Shown: one piece after another, positions 36,735 to 50,037 of the stretch
Layout of the letters: each line of letters begins with the position of its first letter
Numbering within the stretch: the stretch's first letter is position 1
DNA from: Macrostomum hystrix
Taxonomy: Eukaryota > Animalia > Platyhelminthes
Direction: 5' to 3'
Length of the DNA stretch: 64,000 nucleotides
NCBI GenBank assembly: GCA_950097015.1
Contig: CATNEN010000003.1
Location: 5,828,001-5,892,000 of the forward strand
Made by a program: the position numbers and the translations under genes
The notes under the pieces: generated by a model
What the model was told of the DNA's origin: nothing
Databases searched by the model: none
The model's input: only the letters and a program-made list of their open reading frames with translations

Positions 36735-36965
36735 ATAATAATAATTGCAGGAGGGCAGCAGGTAGCGTACATCATTCGGTGACACCAGACTACACAATCA
36801 CCCACTCACACAGGTGTCTCTGCCCAGACCTTCTCATCGCAGAGCAGTTTACACCTTTTTCTTGCCTTGGAGGTTGGCTCTCAAAGGCGTAAATTGCACA
36901 AGCCACCCAAATGAATGTGGCCTCGTCGCGGAATCGAGCTCAGGCACCTTGGTGCGAGAGGCAAA
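36735..36965 (-). mobile_element. SINE family A (degenerate)
   Basis: Reverse-complement family match with internal deletions. Confidence 0.7.
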
Positions 36966-37512
36966 CTCACAAATTGTGAGCTTTACACGAAGCACGAAAG
37001 AATACAAAGCTAAAACTAAAAACTTTTGTGAAACAAATCTTTTTAGAAAAACTTGTTGATGCAATCAAGAAAACGTCAATTTAAATAAACATTTTTGGCT
37101 AATTAGGATTTTCTAAAGTCTTTCTTTAGAAAAGAAAGAAAGACTATCTGTCTAACAGATAGTTAGACAAAGCTGTTAGACACAAAATTTAAATTTCAAA
37201 TCTCAAATTCCATCTTCAAATTACATAATAAGGAATTTAATTTGCTCAATATGCAATCCTTCTGTCAACATTTTTGGACTTATAATTTACCATTCCATGT
37301 TAATGATACAAGCCAATTAAAAAGGTTTCAAATTCGAAGATTTTTGGCTGTTTTTTATAGCTTCACAAGTCATCAACATTTTTTTCAAACCCAGCTGTCA
37401 TTTGAGATTGTGAAATTTAATCCGTCATTGAATTGCCTCAAAACAAAGTATTATAAAAGAGTGAAATCTTGGCACCCAACGCAGATCAAGAGCAATTAAA
37501 AGCTACTTTAAA

Positions 37513-40500
37513 ATGGAAGCATTGTGCAGTCTAACGATTCTTTTGGTAATTATTCATGGCGCAACGACACTTGCTTTTAAAATTGGTGTGATCACGGAGG
37601 ACGGGCAGGTCAGCGAGTCGCTGATGGAGAAGGCGTTCGCCAGACGCGTGAACTCCAACTGGAGAGTGCTGCAGGGTCACACACTCTCATATGTGCATGT
37701 GAATGTGAGCTGGTGCAGTTCACAGCAGGCTGTCAGGACTGGTGAGTTGGCTGCTGCTGGCATTCGCCATTTGCTGTGCGCTGCCTGTGAAATGCTGAGC
37801 ACAGTGCTGATTGTGAAAGTGTGTATCGCTCCGCAGTGTGCTCGGAGAGCGGCCTGTCAGCTCTGATTGGTGTCGGCAGCTGCTCTCTGCTCGATCAGGT
37901 GGGCTCACTCAGCAAGTCTCTGCAGCTGCCGCTCATCGCCCTGCCCACCGGCTTGTGCGACTCGGCCCAGCTGCTCAAAGGTAACTGGACTAAAAGTGCA
38001 CTTATCTCTGGTCGGGCATGAACCAAAATGCCGTGCTCTGTGATTTTCCAGACTTCACCATTGTTGGCAGTCACAGCTCCGACAACATGGTGGGTGCTGC
38101 AGTGTCCGTCATCACAGCCGACTCGGTGGTCAGTGATGTGGCCATCTTGTTCGACGGGCGTCAGAGTGAGTACACACTGCTCAAACTCTGTCCTGATGTA
38201 CAAGTTGTGACGATTCAAACACACCAATGCCTGCAGGCAGCACCGTTGTGCAGAGCCTGCAGAGCGGCCTCACCGCTGCCGGAGTGAGCAGTCTCACATT
38301 CCAAGTGGACAACACTGCCAACGCCTCTGTCACTCCGAGCCTGGTGCAGCACCTCAAGCGTCTGGTGAAGAAGAGACTGTTCAAGCTGCTGCTTCTGGCC
38401 AGTCCTCGCAATGCGCTCTCAGTCCTGAGGCTGGCCAGTGAAGCTGCAGTCATGCAGCAGAACTACTTCTGGCTCATTCTCGACACTGGACTGTCCAAGG
38501 CGGATGTGCTCAGCGTGACGCCAGCGAACGCGAACGTTGCTCTGCTGAGAGGCAGCGTGTTCACTCACTGCACAGCAGCAGTGATGGATGTGTTTCCTCA
38601 GTGCCAGCTGGACTCAATTCGGGTGAGACTGTCACACTGCAGTGCTGCCTTGCTCACGTCTGTCATCAGCGTGAGTGGGTGACTGAAGCATCGCAGCTCA
38701 ATCACCGCACCCCACCGCATTGAGCAGACTCTAGACGCTCGATTCGTGGATGCGGTGGAAGCCGTGGCCAAGGCGCTGAACGACTCGCTGGTGGATCCGG
38801 GATTCTCTCCGAGCAACGCCTCCTGCTTTCCGCTGCAGCACTGGACATCGGGATCGACTGTGCTCAGCAAACTGCTCAGCGTGAGCTGCTCACATTTAAA
38901 CATGATTTCAGAGTCCAGTGAGTAGCTGCACTCACTCACTCACTCACCTGCCATGCACCCACTCGATGTTGCAGATGAGCAACTATGACACTCAGCGTGG
39001 CCTCATCTCGTACAACAGCTCAAGCAGACACTTGAGCTCACAAGGCGTCGAAGTGGTCGCGTCCTACAATGAGCTGCGATGGTCTCCGATCTCGATGCTG
39101 AAGTCCGCTGAGTTCGATGTGTCTAGCGGATCTCTGAGCAAGCAGTTTCGCTACAAGGGAGTGAGCCTGGCCTTTCCCAACACCTTCATGGGCTTCAAGA
39201 ACGAAACTATTGTTGTTTGTTCTCCATCGGTATGTTGTCTTTTTGTTACACAGACAAAGTTTTGTCTCCGACATCTGAATTGTTATTATTTTTAGACGAG
39301 CCCGGTGACGGTATTCCGACAGACTTTTTCCAACAGAACTGTTGTAATTTCTGGAATGACCCTTGATGTTTTAAATGTATTGGCTTCAAAACTTGATTTT
39401 AGGTACGTTAATCGTTTTTTATGATTTTAATGAAATTTATTGGTCTCATTTTTATCTTCAAAGATGGATTTGAGTATTATCGTTGATTTTTTAGATTTAT
39501 TACAAAAGACTCGGACGATGGAAAGTTCGGTTCTCCGCAGCCCGGTCTAAGCTACTTCTCAGGCTGTGTTGGTGAACTTCAGCGAGGTGTAAGTTGCAGA
39601 GTGCTATGCGCATTTTAATTTAGCATTTTAGTTTTCGGTTTTTCCTTTTCTGAATATTTTAGCTTGTGACCCTTGCGGCTGGCCCCTTCACTAAGACATC
39701 ATCGCGCGACGAGGTGGTAGACTTCTCGACGCCACTGTTTCAAGAGTCTAACGCCGTACTACTGCCGAGACCGCCGAGAGAGTCCAAAATGTGGAATGTG
39801 TATCGATCGCTGACTGTTGAAATCTGGCTACTGATTGTTGCTGCTTTATTTTTCATGTCTTTGATGACCTGGATCTTGGCCTATTTCTCACCGTTTTCGG
39901 CATACAATCTCAAGCTTGAGTTTGCCATCGCTGATGAGGTCTGGCTGCAGGAGTACATCTGGAGTGCCATCGGTAGCTTCCTTCAACAAGGTCAGGACTT
40001 CTATCCGTTTGCCATGTCGCCCAGGACTCTCATGGCTTTCTGGTGGATGTTTACTGTCATCATCTACGCATCCTATACAGGTGAGCATAGTCGCTTTTTG
40101 ATGGCATTTTCGACTATTATAAGATGTTTTATAGTGATGCAAAAAGACTACACTCGTACTTGTCCATTTTATTGGTGTTTAGGCGACCTGACGGCTCACC
40201 TGACAGTTTCCATGACCAATGTGCCAATTAAGAGTCTGTCAGATCTTGTCTCGCAGAGCCACATAAAGCCGAACGTATTTGGTGGCACGAATCTGGAAAC
40301 TCTCCTTCGGGAAGCAAAATCTGGTGTCTACAAACAGATCGCTGATCGAATGATCATTTTGGGTCCGAACGAGGACTGTCCTTCATCGGTAGGAATTCAA
40401 TTTTTTTGTTACTCTTTGCTGGAACTATTTATTCAATGAATTTCACATTTTAATTTTATCAATGTAAATCAATACCGCAGCCTCCAAAGCCTGAGCAGGC

Positions 40501-41649
40501 CTGTCTTGGAGACTACACACCCAGACTGTATATAGCCAGGAATAACTGCTCACAGTTTTACCTGGCTGAGGAGCTGTTTAACACCGCTACTGTTGCTTTT
40601 ATGTATCCGGAAGATGCTTACTATGGAGCGCTAATGGATTTCTAGTAAGTTTGCAAAATGTATGTTGTGTTTGGTCAGTAACAGACGAATGCATCAATTT
40701 ATGACTACTAGATGGTCATGTACTATTATCTGCTAAATTAAATAACTCTTACATGCTCTATCTGAGAAAGTAGCGTGACAACTTCTATACTCAGAAAGCA
40801 TGATGCATAAAGACGTTTTTCTAGGTGTGGCGTACTTCTTAGTCCATGGACTGAACTTGCTGTACGTAGCCTTTGAAAGGCTGCCACTCTCTGTACGTCT
40901 GGCCCAGCTAGGCTAGGTGTCATTAATTTCTTTGAATCGCTGTCTATCTATTGTCTGTGTTGGACGCGGGACCAAAAAAATTAACGGCGATGGCGGTAAC
41001 GATTGTTACCGACTATTTTTTAACAAAAAAATTGGGTAACGAGAAATACCAAAATAGTAACGATCGTTACTTCAAATCGTTACTTTCAGTTTTTACTATT
41101 TTACCATAAGCATGCTATTTTTAAATAAGCTTATTATAAAAACGTGTAGCTTTGTTTATCAATCATTACTCATATCATGTGTTGTAATCTCCGACATCGT
41201 CCACTTTTCAGACTTCGTTATCATTATCACTCTCACAGACTGTAGTCTGTCTATGGATTGAACAATAAATATTCGTTACCATCATTTTCGTTATCAGATC
41301 GCAAAAAAGTAAACGATCGTTACTAAATTGGTAACTAGTAACGAGTAACGCGCTTAACACTGTCTATAGTAAACAATTATTGTCTATTAACGAAATCGCG
41401 CTTCTCAGCATGCAGGAATTGCACGAGTCAGGCCTGATGCAGCGCCTTTTCAACATCTACTGGTCTAGTGACTCTGTTTGCTCAGTCGGTTCATCCGCTG
41501 AGGCTGATCCTATCAACCTGGAAGGTGTTGGCGGCTGTTTCATTATCAGCCTTTGTCTGTACGGCCTCGGACTGCTCATTCTGCTGGTTGAGTTCCTATG
41601 GACCAAGGGTGCCAAGAAGCAGCCATTGGATTGTCAGTACATCTACTGA
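37513..41649 (+). CDS. Divergent iGluR-like subunit, paralogue 6 (12 exons)
   Basis: Signal peptide MEALCSLTILLVIIHGATT, shared ATD block, DGKFGS, GPFTKTSSRDEVVDFS, pore GSFLQQG, M3 YASYTGDLTAHLT. Ends KKQPLDCQYIY*. Confidence 0.9.
40955..41362. mobile_element. hAT-type MITE in intron 11 of paralogue 6
   Basis: Ends c(t)gtgtt.. / ..aacactg, multiple GTAAC/GTTAC subterminal repeats, 8-bp TSD tctattgt / tctatagt (7/8 match). Confidence 0.7.
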
Positions 41650-42128
41650 GTACTGATCATTTTTTACATAACAAAATAAAAATTTACTATATTTCATAAC
41701 CAACCAATGCTATATGCTTCACTTTACTCAGCTTAAACTCCTGATATTTGCACTTTTTTCTGGGAAAAGAACATTTCTGGGAAAACTCCCAATTTCGCAT
41801 CCCAATTAACACCAGAAGAGAAATCTTAATACATAATGGCACAAGACGATTGGGAAACCACTGAAGCTTTAGCAAAGTACATCATAGAAATCTATACAAT
41901 CCTGGCGTCCCTTGTATTTTTGCTTCTCTTATTTTTAACACCTTTGCTTTCCCTTCCCAGCTCAATAGTTGATTCTTACAAAACTTCTCTTTTTTGTTAT
42001 TTTTGTCGAGTAAACTATTGTCAGAAAATATATAAAAGAAAAAATCAGCACCCATAGATAACGTGCGCGTTTTGTTAATAATAATAGTATATTATTACTC
42101 ATTTAAGATTGTACACTTAACTCATGTG

Positions 42129-43940
42129 ATTGTACCATAGACTATGTGGCTGAGTAGCAAGACAAACCATATCAACCATAGACAAAATGATTTAATGACA
42201 AACTATACAGTTCAATTATAAGAGAAATAATAATGAAGCAAAGAGAAGCTAGCAACTAGAGAAAGAAGCTAGACTTCTTTATTCTTCACCGTCATATGCT
42301 AGATCGACCATGCAGAACTACAAAGCAATTTTAGAGAAAGAAATTTCTGGTCTCTCATCGGACGAACTTCAATTCGTGACCACGCTTAGTGATGGACGGC
42401 GCGAGGAAGAAGCTGTATATCAGTCCACGGGACTGCCAGTACTTGAGACGGAAATGATTGAGAGTTTTCTGGCTGAAGTGTCCACATGTAAGGCTTTGAC
42501 TGACGAAGACCTGAATGAAATTGCCAAGGTGGAGGACTTAGGCAAAGTCTGGTCTACTGAGAAGGCAACATCTACGTACGCCGCTCGTTTCCGAAAATTT
42601 CTCGACGATCGAGGACTGCCATCGCAACTTGAGACAATACCGACCAATACATACCAATACATACCAATACCAATACATCGCAACTTGTGATATTTATGTC
42701 ACTATCTGCGCCTGTATTTTTCGGTTTTTAAAAAGGATGATGGAACGGCGTACAGTTGCAGTTCGCTGGTATGCATGCGCGCAGGAATCTACCGGTATTT
42801 GAAGAATTTACGAGGTTTGGATATCATCGGCATTGTTGAATTTAGCGCTTTTGAGAAGACTTTCAAAGCTGCTCTTACGTACTCACTGAAGAAACCTGTT
42901 TCGATGATGGATGGTAACAGTGCATGGGTATCGAGCATTGGAGCCTGAAGATTTGGCGTTGTTGCATGCGTACTTTGACCGGAGCTCGCCACAGAAACTG
43001 CAACAGGAAGTCTTCTTTGTCCTGAGCTCGCACTTTGCCTTTCGTGGACGTGAATGGATTCGAGCACTTGAGAAAAAAGATGTCATTCTACGGGAATCCA
43101 CCGGAGGTATGACGTGCGTTGACTTGCAAAAAGAAAAGAAAGAAAAGTGTGTGTCCGCTGATGTCCCTCGGTCCAATCGGGAGCGAGACAAATCCTGTGG
43201 ATTTTTCCTGTGCAAGACAAATCTGTGTGCCCAGTTGAAGGGATCAAAATGTATCTTTCGAAGCTTCCATCTGAGAACGGCTCTGTTTCCCAGGCCTGCC
43301 GTCAAGTGGCAGAATAGAGCATGGTATTGCCCAAAGGATGTATTGGGCAAGAACACATTGGCCAGTATGATGAAGACGATCTCGAAAGCGGCCAGGCTCC
43401 CGCGGGACTACACCAGCCATTCGATCCGCGCAACTGCAACCATAACAAACCTGTCCTCTGCTGGATTCAGTGCCGAAGCGATTCAAACCGTCTCTGGGCA
43501 CAAAAAGGTGGATAGTGTTGTCCGTTATGCAACGGTGGCCCAGAAGCGCGCGTTGTCTTCGGCTATCACAGATAGTCTACATGCCTCTACGTCGAGCGTG
43601 GTCAGTCATCAAGCACGAGCACTCTGCGAAAAGTCATCCAGCGTTCCAACTGCCGTCACAACTATTGGCCAGCCTGATAAATCCGGCCCGACGATCGTCT
43701 TGGAGAAGAACGGGGCTAAATGTTACGTTTATATGTGAGTGCAAAAACGTCGCTTTGCGAAATTAGACTTTGGCTCTGGACTCTAAACTGCTTTGTTTGA
43801 TGTTTTGTTTATTTTGTTGAAATTCGTTGAAATACACAAAAATAATCCATTATCGGCGCAACTTTTCGGGCCAAAATGACATCGTCTATGGCAATAATCG
43901 AATATCAGCCCGCCCGATAGCCACGTAGTCATGGTACAAT
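42129..43940 (+). mobile_element. Crypton-like tyrosine-recombinase transposon (DUF3504-type), frameshifted
   Basis: ORF pieces 42310-42690 and 42911-43738 carry YR catalytic motifs FAFRGRE, YTSHSIRAT and VSGHKKVDSVVRY. A local duplication near 42640-42690 breaks the frame. ~22-bp inverted repeats at 42129-42151 and 43919-43940. Confidence 0.85.
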
Positions 43941-44507
43941 AATGCTATAAAATTCACTACGCCATAAAAAACATAGACTACAAGGTATGCTTTCGGGACA
44001 GTTGGTAAAAAAGGAATGAGTAGCTGTGCAAGTAGCTCGAACAAAAGTTATCACCTGTAATTTCTTTGTATTTTTTCTTAAAGTCCTGTTTGCTACAAAA
44101 TGTTGTTACTTATCGTTGTAAATTTAATGTGTGACTGTAGTGAAATTCAGAGTTGCAATGAATTGCTATATACACGCTACTTACAGTAGTACGCATTTTT
44201 CAAAACGTTGAAATATAAACAGTGATTATCCTGAAAAATTGATTAATGACAAACGCTCTAAAAATAGGCTAGAAAGAAGGCATGACAGTTTTTTAAAAAA
44301 AGCACCAAAAAAATTATTGAGACAATGCAAAGTGAAACCTAATTACTTAGGAATCACGTCTAAATTGGAAAATGACGTATAATGACGTCTTAAAAACGCA
44401 CAGTATAGCTACACGTTCAAATAATGGGCATTAAAATCAAGCCAATTCGATATGTACACTACTAAAATGAATGCAAATAATCCAGACCAACCATCAGAAC
44501 TCGGACC

Positions 44508-47103
44508 TCAATTGCCATTGGTGAAGCGAGCCACAGCTGCATAGCAACCAATCAGAAGCAGTCCAGCTAGCAGACTGGGGCCTAGAAAGTAATTAGCTGC
44601 TGACGATTCGGCAACTCCTATAAACTGGTCCTGCGAGGAGTGTCAGTTTTAACGGGAATTATTGTTCCCCCAAGACACCCAATCCTGTCCACATTATCCT
44701 GTTCCCTCGAGACACCCCATACTGTCCAGCGTATCTTGTTCCCCTAAGACACCCCATTGTACACCATGCCCATATTCTGTTCTCTCGAGACACCCCATAC
44801 TGTCCACCGTATTCTGTTCCCTCAAGACACCCCATCCTGTCCACCGTATTCTGTTCCCTCAAGACACCCCATCCTGTCCACCGTATTCTGTTCCCTCAAG
44901 ACGTCCCATCCTGTCCACCGTATTCTGTTCCCTCAAGACACCCCATCCTGTCCACCGTATTCTGTTCCCTCAAGACGTCCCATCCTGTCCACCGTATTCT
45001 GTTCCCTCAAGACACCCCATCCTGTCCACCGTATTCTGTTCCCTCAAGACGTCCCATCCTGTCCACCGTATTCTGTTCCCTCGAGACACCCCATACTGTC
45101 CACCGTATTCTGTTCCCTCAAGACGTCCCATCCTGTCCACCGTATTCTGTTCCCTCGAGACACCCCATACTGTCCACCGTATTCTGTTCCCTCAAGACAC
45201 CCCATACTGTCCACCGTATCCTGTTCCCTCAAGACACCCCACACTGTCCACCGTATCTTGTTCCCTCATGACACTCTATACTGTCCACCGTATCTTGTTC
45301 CCTCAAGACACCCCATCCTGTCCACCGTATTCTGTTCCCTCATGACAACCCATACTGTCCAGCGTATTCTGTTCCCTCAAGACACCCCATACTGTCCACC
45401 GTATCCTGTTCCCTCAAGACACCCCATACTGTCCACCGTATCTTGTTCCCTCAAGACACCCCATACTGTCCACCGTATCCTGTTCCCTCAAGACACCCCA
45501 TACTGTCCACCGTATCTTGTTCCCTCATGACACCCCATCCTGTCCATCGTATTCTGTTCCCGCAAGAAACTCCGTACTGTCCACCGTATTCTGTTCCCTC
45601 GAGACACCCCATCCTGTCCACCGTATTCTGTTCCCTCAAGACAACCCATACTGTCCACCGTATCTTGTTCCCTCGAGACACCCCATCCTGTCCATCGTAT
45701 TCTGTTCCCGCAAGAAACTCCGTACGGTCTCCTCAAGACATTCCATTCAGTCCCAAAAGACACCCCATCCCTGCAGCCATGCTTACCCAGCCTCGCACAA
45801 CCACAATTGGAGCAATGTGACAGCAGCACAGCTGGCAGCACCAATTAACAATGATTGCCAGTGCCAGGCAATTGCACTGAACCACTGCTCGAATGCTGAG
45901 CTCGGCGCATAGCACCATCAGCAAGGCAACTCGGTGATGAGTTGAGTCTGAGCTGGCCAACAGGCTGTTTAGGCACTGGCCAAAGTCATTCAGACTGAGA
46001 GTTGGCGGTAGCAGCAGCTGAAAATTTGAGAAAAATGTGCTTCTCAGTTCACCCTCAGACATTTATCGATATGAGTTCATTGTCAGACTTGAACTCACAG
46101 CTCCAGCTCTTTCGATAGCAATTTCACCAGCTCTGGTGCAGCAGAACTGGTTGGCAAGGGAGGCTAATTTTCTAGCAATCGCTTGGTTGTCAAGACGGCC
46201 GCTAGCCCGGCAACTACTACCAGAATGACTCGTTTGAGTCTGGTCTCTGTAAGCGGTAAGTATAATTTTAAATAACTTAACTGACCGTTGAGGTATTCTG
46301 GACACTGGACAAATAAATCATAAATTTCTCAATCTTCAACACAAAATATAACGTAAACCATAAAAAACCATCAACTTACGACCACTACGAGTAGAGTGGC
46401 AGCTATTTCTTGGAAACAGTTAAGGCTGTATTCGCCGAAAAATGCACTACGGAAATCTACTTTTGATATCAAATCAAAAGCTTTTCGTTTGATGCAACTT
46501 ACCTGTTACCTAACACACATGCTGCTTAAACGAATCTTACTGAATGGAGAAAACAAAAAGCTTGTTTTTGAGTATTTTTGTTGCTTCAGGAGCTTAATGT
46601 ACTTTTATGCCTTCTTAGCTTAGCTAAAATGATTATAAGAAACGCAGTTTCCCGTCCTTGTACTCTTAGCGATCCTTGCTATTAACTTACGCAGCTAAGT
46701 ATTCGCACTCCCACGCCACAAAGTTGCCAGTGCTGACGTACTGTTCCGCCTGCTGCAGCATCTCTGCAGCTCGGGTGCGCATTTTCGGATCCAAGCGTTG
46801 GTTGAGCAAGAAACTTAGGCAGAGCTTTGCGATCTTCGCTGCACTATTCTCCTCCGAGTGAGCAAAGCAGACGGTCTGTGACATCGGCATCGATTCTTGT
46901 TGCTTCTGGTCTGGAATGTACAGCTTATTCAGATTGAATCCCGCACAAATGTCCTTGATAGAGGAGCCGGCGTTGCTGTTTGAGATTCGCGATCTTCTTC
47001 TTTGCAACAATGGGCTGTTAGACAGGCCTAAGCAACAGCTCAGTTGCTTGGCCCTGTTAAGGATCAGACTAAACTTATTGCTGCTTTTGTTCTCGAAAGC
47101 CAT
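44508..47103 (-). CDS. Divergent Bcl-2 family protein (304 aa, 4 exons, C-terminal TM anchor)
   Basis: Exons 47103-46691, 46246-46099, 46017-45787, 44630-44508 join in frame (915 nt). BH4-like AKLCLSFLLNQRL, BH3-like IARKLASLANQF, BH1-like THHRVALLMVL, and BH2 VRGW|DQFI with an intron exactly after the Trp as in Bcl-2/Bcl-x/Mcl-1. Hydrophobic tail SLLAGLLLIGCYAAVARF. Confidence 0.78.
44660..45775. repeat. 37-bp minisatellite (tgtccaccgtattctgttccctcaagacaccccatcc)n in intron 3 of the Bcl-2-like gene
   Basis: Period of 37 bp read directly. Explains the 37-aa repeat ORFs. Confidence 0.95.
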
Positions 47104-48361
47104 TTTTAAATGGTGCTCTGCAAAATCCAGAGCACGTGATCAACTAATTTAGAAGTGAAGCCAGCCAGAAAAACTGTTCTGCCTGTGCCTGTTGCTTTTG
47201 TTATCTTTTTACTAATGAGTGCTGTTGTTCGCTCGATAACCCCTAGACTATCATAGTTATATATATGCCTTAGTTTAGCTGTCTGACCAATGAGTGGAGT
47301 TGGCTGGGGTGGGTGTCAGTGTTTGCCGCCCTGAAAGCTATTTTTAGACTTTCCACATGCGCGGAAAACTCTAGCCCACTTTGACTTCAATCTTAAAAAT
47401 AGCAAATCGATCTTTTTTAAATGATAACGCCCTAGCTATTGATGTATCAAAGGTAATCATTTCCTATCTTATAGAGAAATGCTTCCCTACCGAATTACAT
47501 AAGTCCGTTACTGTCTGTAAATAGCTAGACAACTAAATTGTCCTATCGCATTGAATAATTTCTTTCAGAGGCAAATATTTGGGTAAACTGGTTCGTCAGG
47601 ACTCTGTTTTAGCTACTCAGCTGTTGATTAAAAGAGTTAAATAAATGAAAAAGCTGTTTAGCTAGCAGTGCGCAACCTTTAATTCGGAAGCTTTCGATAT
47701 TATTTTCCCGGAAAAAGACAATTTTCCCTAAAGATATCATTAGATATATTTTATCCTTTACCTTGATTCTTTCAAATCCTATATAATATATTCTAATAAA
47801 CAAATATTAAAACAGAAATTATTCGCGTCTTATTTCCAATTCGTACATTGGGGTTGCCAATCTGCAAAGTGTATTTATTTGTGGGGTTGTGGGACAGCCA
47901 GTCAGCTTCATCGAGTTGAGTGAAGGCTCGCTCAATTTATAAGCCACAGCTGCCCGCCTGTTCTGCGTGTGGCAACACGCGGCGGGCAGACAAAAACGAT
48001 CCCTCAACTTCGTCCCTCCCCTGTCAACCCAAGCCAACCCCACCCATAGAATTCTAGTTTATATGGAAGTGAAGAATTCCCTTCCGTATAATCTAGAACT
48101 CTGTGCCCCACCCCAGGTTCGGAGGCCCGAGATGTTTGTCAGCCAGGAGCAGACAGTCAAAACAAAAAGCATCTAGGGCATCAAGGGCATCTTTGTGTTT
48201 CTAGGACTGCCACTGAACTCTTAGACTGCAAAGTTCTCCAACTAGGCATTGCAATACTGGGTTGCCGGCAGTATGAATTCCCGGGGTTTTATGACATCTC
48301 CGGGCATTAGTCCCGGCTTTCTCTTTGCAAACTGGACATAAGTCATGTCGAGAAATGGGAT

Positions 48362-48710
48362 GGGGTGGCTGGCAGAGCGGTTAATGCATTGGACTCTCGC
48401 ACCAAGGTCCCTGAGCTCGAGGCCATATTTATTTTATTTTGAGAAGAAAAGACTTCGCGTGCAATTTACGCCCTTGAGGGCCAACCTCCAAGGCACAGTG
48501 AGAGTGTACACTGTACACTGCCGTGCGATGAGAAAGTCAGGGCAGATGTACACACCTGTGTGAGAGTGCCTGCGTACAGTATATGTGTGCGTGTGCGCTC
48601 AGGTCAGGAGTCAGTGAAATTGACAGAATTGGCTCTTCGCTGCCTGCGGGTCTAGTGTGACCAAATGATGCGCCATTGCCCGCAGCCCTCCTGCAAAATG
48701 TAATTATTAA
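48362..48710 (+). mobile_element. SINE family A
   Basis: Family match. A partial inverted copy follows at ~48770-48960. Confidence 0.8.
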
Positions 48711-49459
48711 TATAAAATCAAGATATTCGTTGTACAAACGTATGAAACGTTACGAAAATCTCATACGCACTCATACAGGTGTGTGCATGGGCCTCGAATT
48801 TCTCATCGTCAGGCAGTGTACTCTCTCACAGTGTTCTGGGTGTTGGCCCTCAAGGGCGTAAATTGCATGACTAAACCCAATGCAAGGCCCAATAAATGTG
48901 GCCTCGCCGTGGACCAGGGCTCATGGAACTTTCGCGCGAGACCCGGATGCGTTACCGCTATGCTAAGCACCACATTCTCTCACCTGAGTAGTTACCTGTT
49001 ACTGTGGATTGACTTATCTCACTGCTGATCCACAAATGACTCAAAATATGATTAACATCGAATGGGAAGTGTAAAAAACAATTGATTCAGGACTAAAACT
49101 TGAAGTAACTGCCGAGTTCCAAGTATTTTTAAGGCTAAATCACTAGCCCAAGCCATGCATCTGAAATTCGGTGTGCGTGTCCAAAGTCACTCATCCAGTG
49201 TAGTTGGCACTGGGCCAAACAGGGCGGCCGGTTTCACTTGTTATTCAATGATACTAGATGACTTATCTCTGAATTAAGCAGATAATGCAAGAAACTGTAA
49301 AACTAATTTAGAATTAAACTGAAGGCAAATGGTACAAAAAAGTTTTAAGCAGTTTAAGAACTGATAGACAAGATGAAAGTTAGGATTTTAGCTAGGATAT
49401 TAGGATGAGGAAAAACCTATAAGAGAGCTAACACTTTTCGAGAGGTAACTCGTGCATAC

Positions 49460-50003
49460 ATAACTGATAGATAGGTACATAACTGTTAGATAGGTACATA
49501 ACTGTTAGATAGGTAAATAACTGTTAGATAGGTACATAACTGTTAGATAGGTACATAACTGTTAGATAGGTACATAACTGTTAGATAGGTACATAACTGT
49601 TAGATAGGTACATAACTGTTAGATAGGTACATAACTGTTAGATAGGTACATAACTGTTAGATAGATACATAACTGTTAGATAGGTACATAACTGATAGAT
49701 AGATACATAACTGTTAGATAGGTACATAACTGTTAGATAGGTACATAACTGTTAGATAGGTACATAACTGTTAGATAGGTACATAACTGTTAGATAGGTA
49801 AATAACTGTTAGATAGGTACATAACTGTTAGATAGGTACATAACTGTTAGATAGGTACATAACTGTTAGATAGGTACATAACTGATAGATAGGTACATAA
49901 CTGTTAGATAGGTACATAACTGTTAGATAGGTACATAACTGTTAGATAGGTACATAACTGTTAGATAGGTACATAACTGTTAGATAGGTACATAACTGTT
50001 AGA
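49460..50003. repeat. 19-bp minisatellite (aactgttagataggtacat)n, ~28 units
   Basis: Directly visible, highly homogeneous, no spacers. Confidence 0.95.
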
Positions 50004-50037
50004 CATTCTAGTGCCTGCTTGATTATTAGATAGATTG

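Noticed and set aside
40082-40182. ORF 39666-40439 reading through M3 with a ~34-aa insertion
   Set aside because: It is intron 9 (GT-AG, same position as in the paralogues), which happens to be stop-free.
44662-45912. 37-aa repeat ORFs / CRISPR-like 37-bp periodicity
   Set aside because: Head-to-tail minisatellite with no unique spacers and no cas genes, inside a eukaryotic intron.
49460-50003. Possible CRISPR or iteron array
   Set aside because: Spacerless 19-bp tandem repeat.
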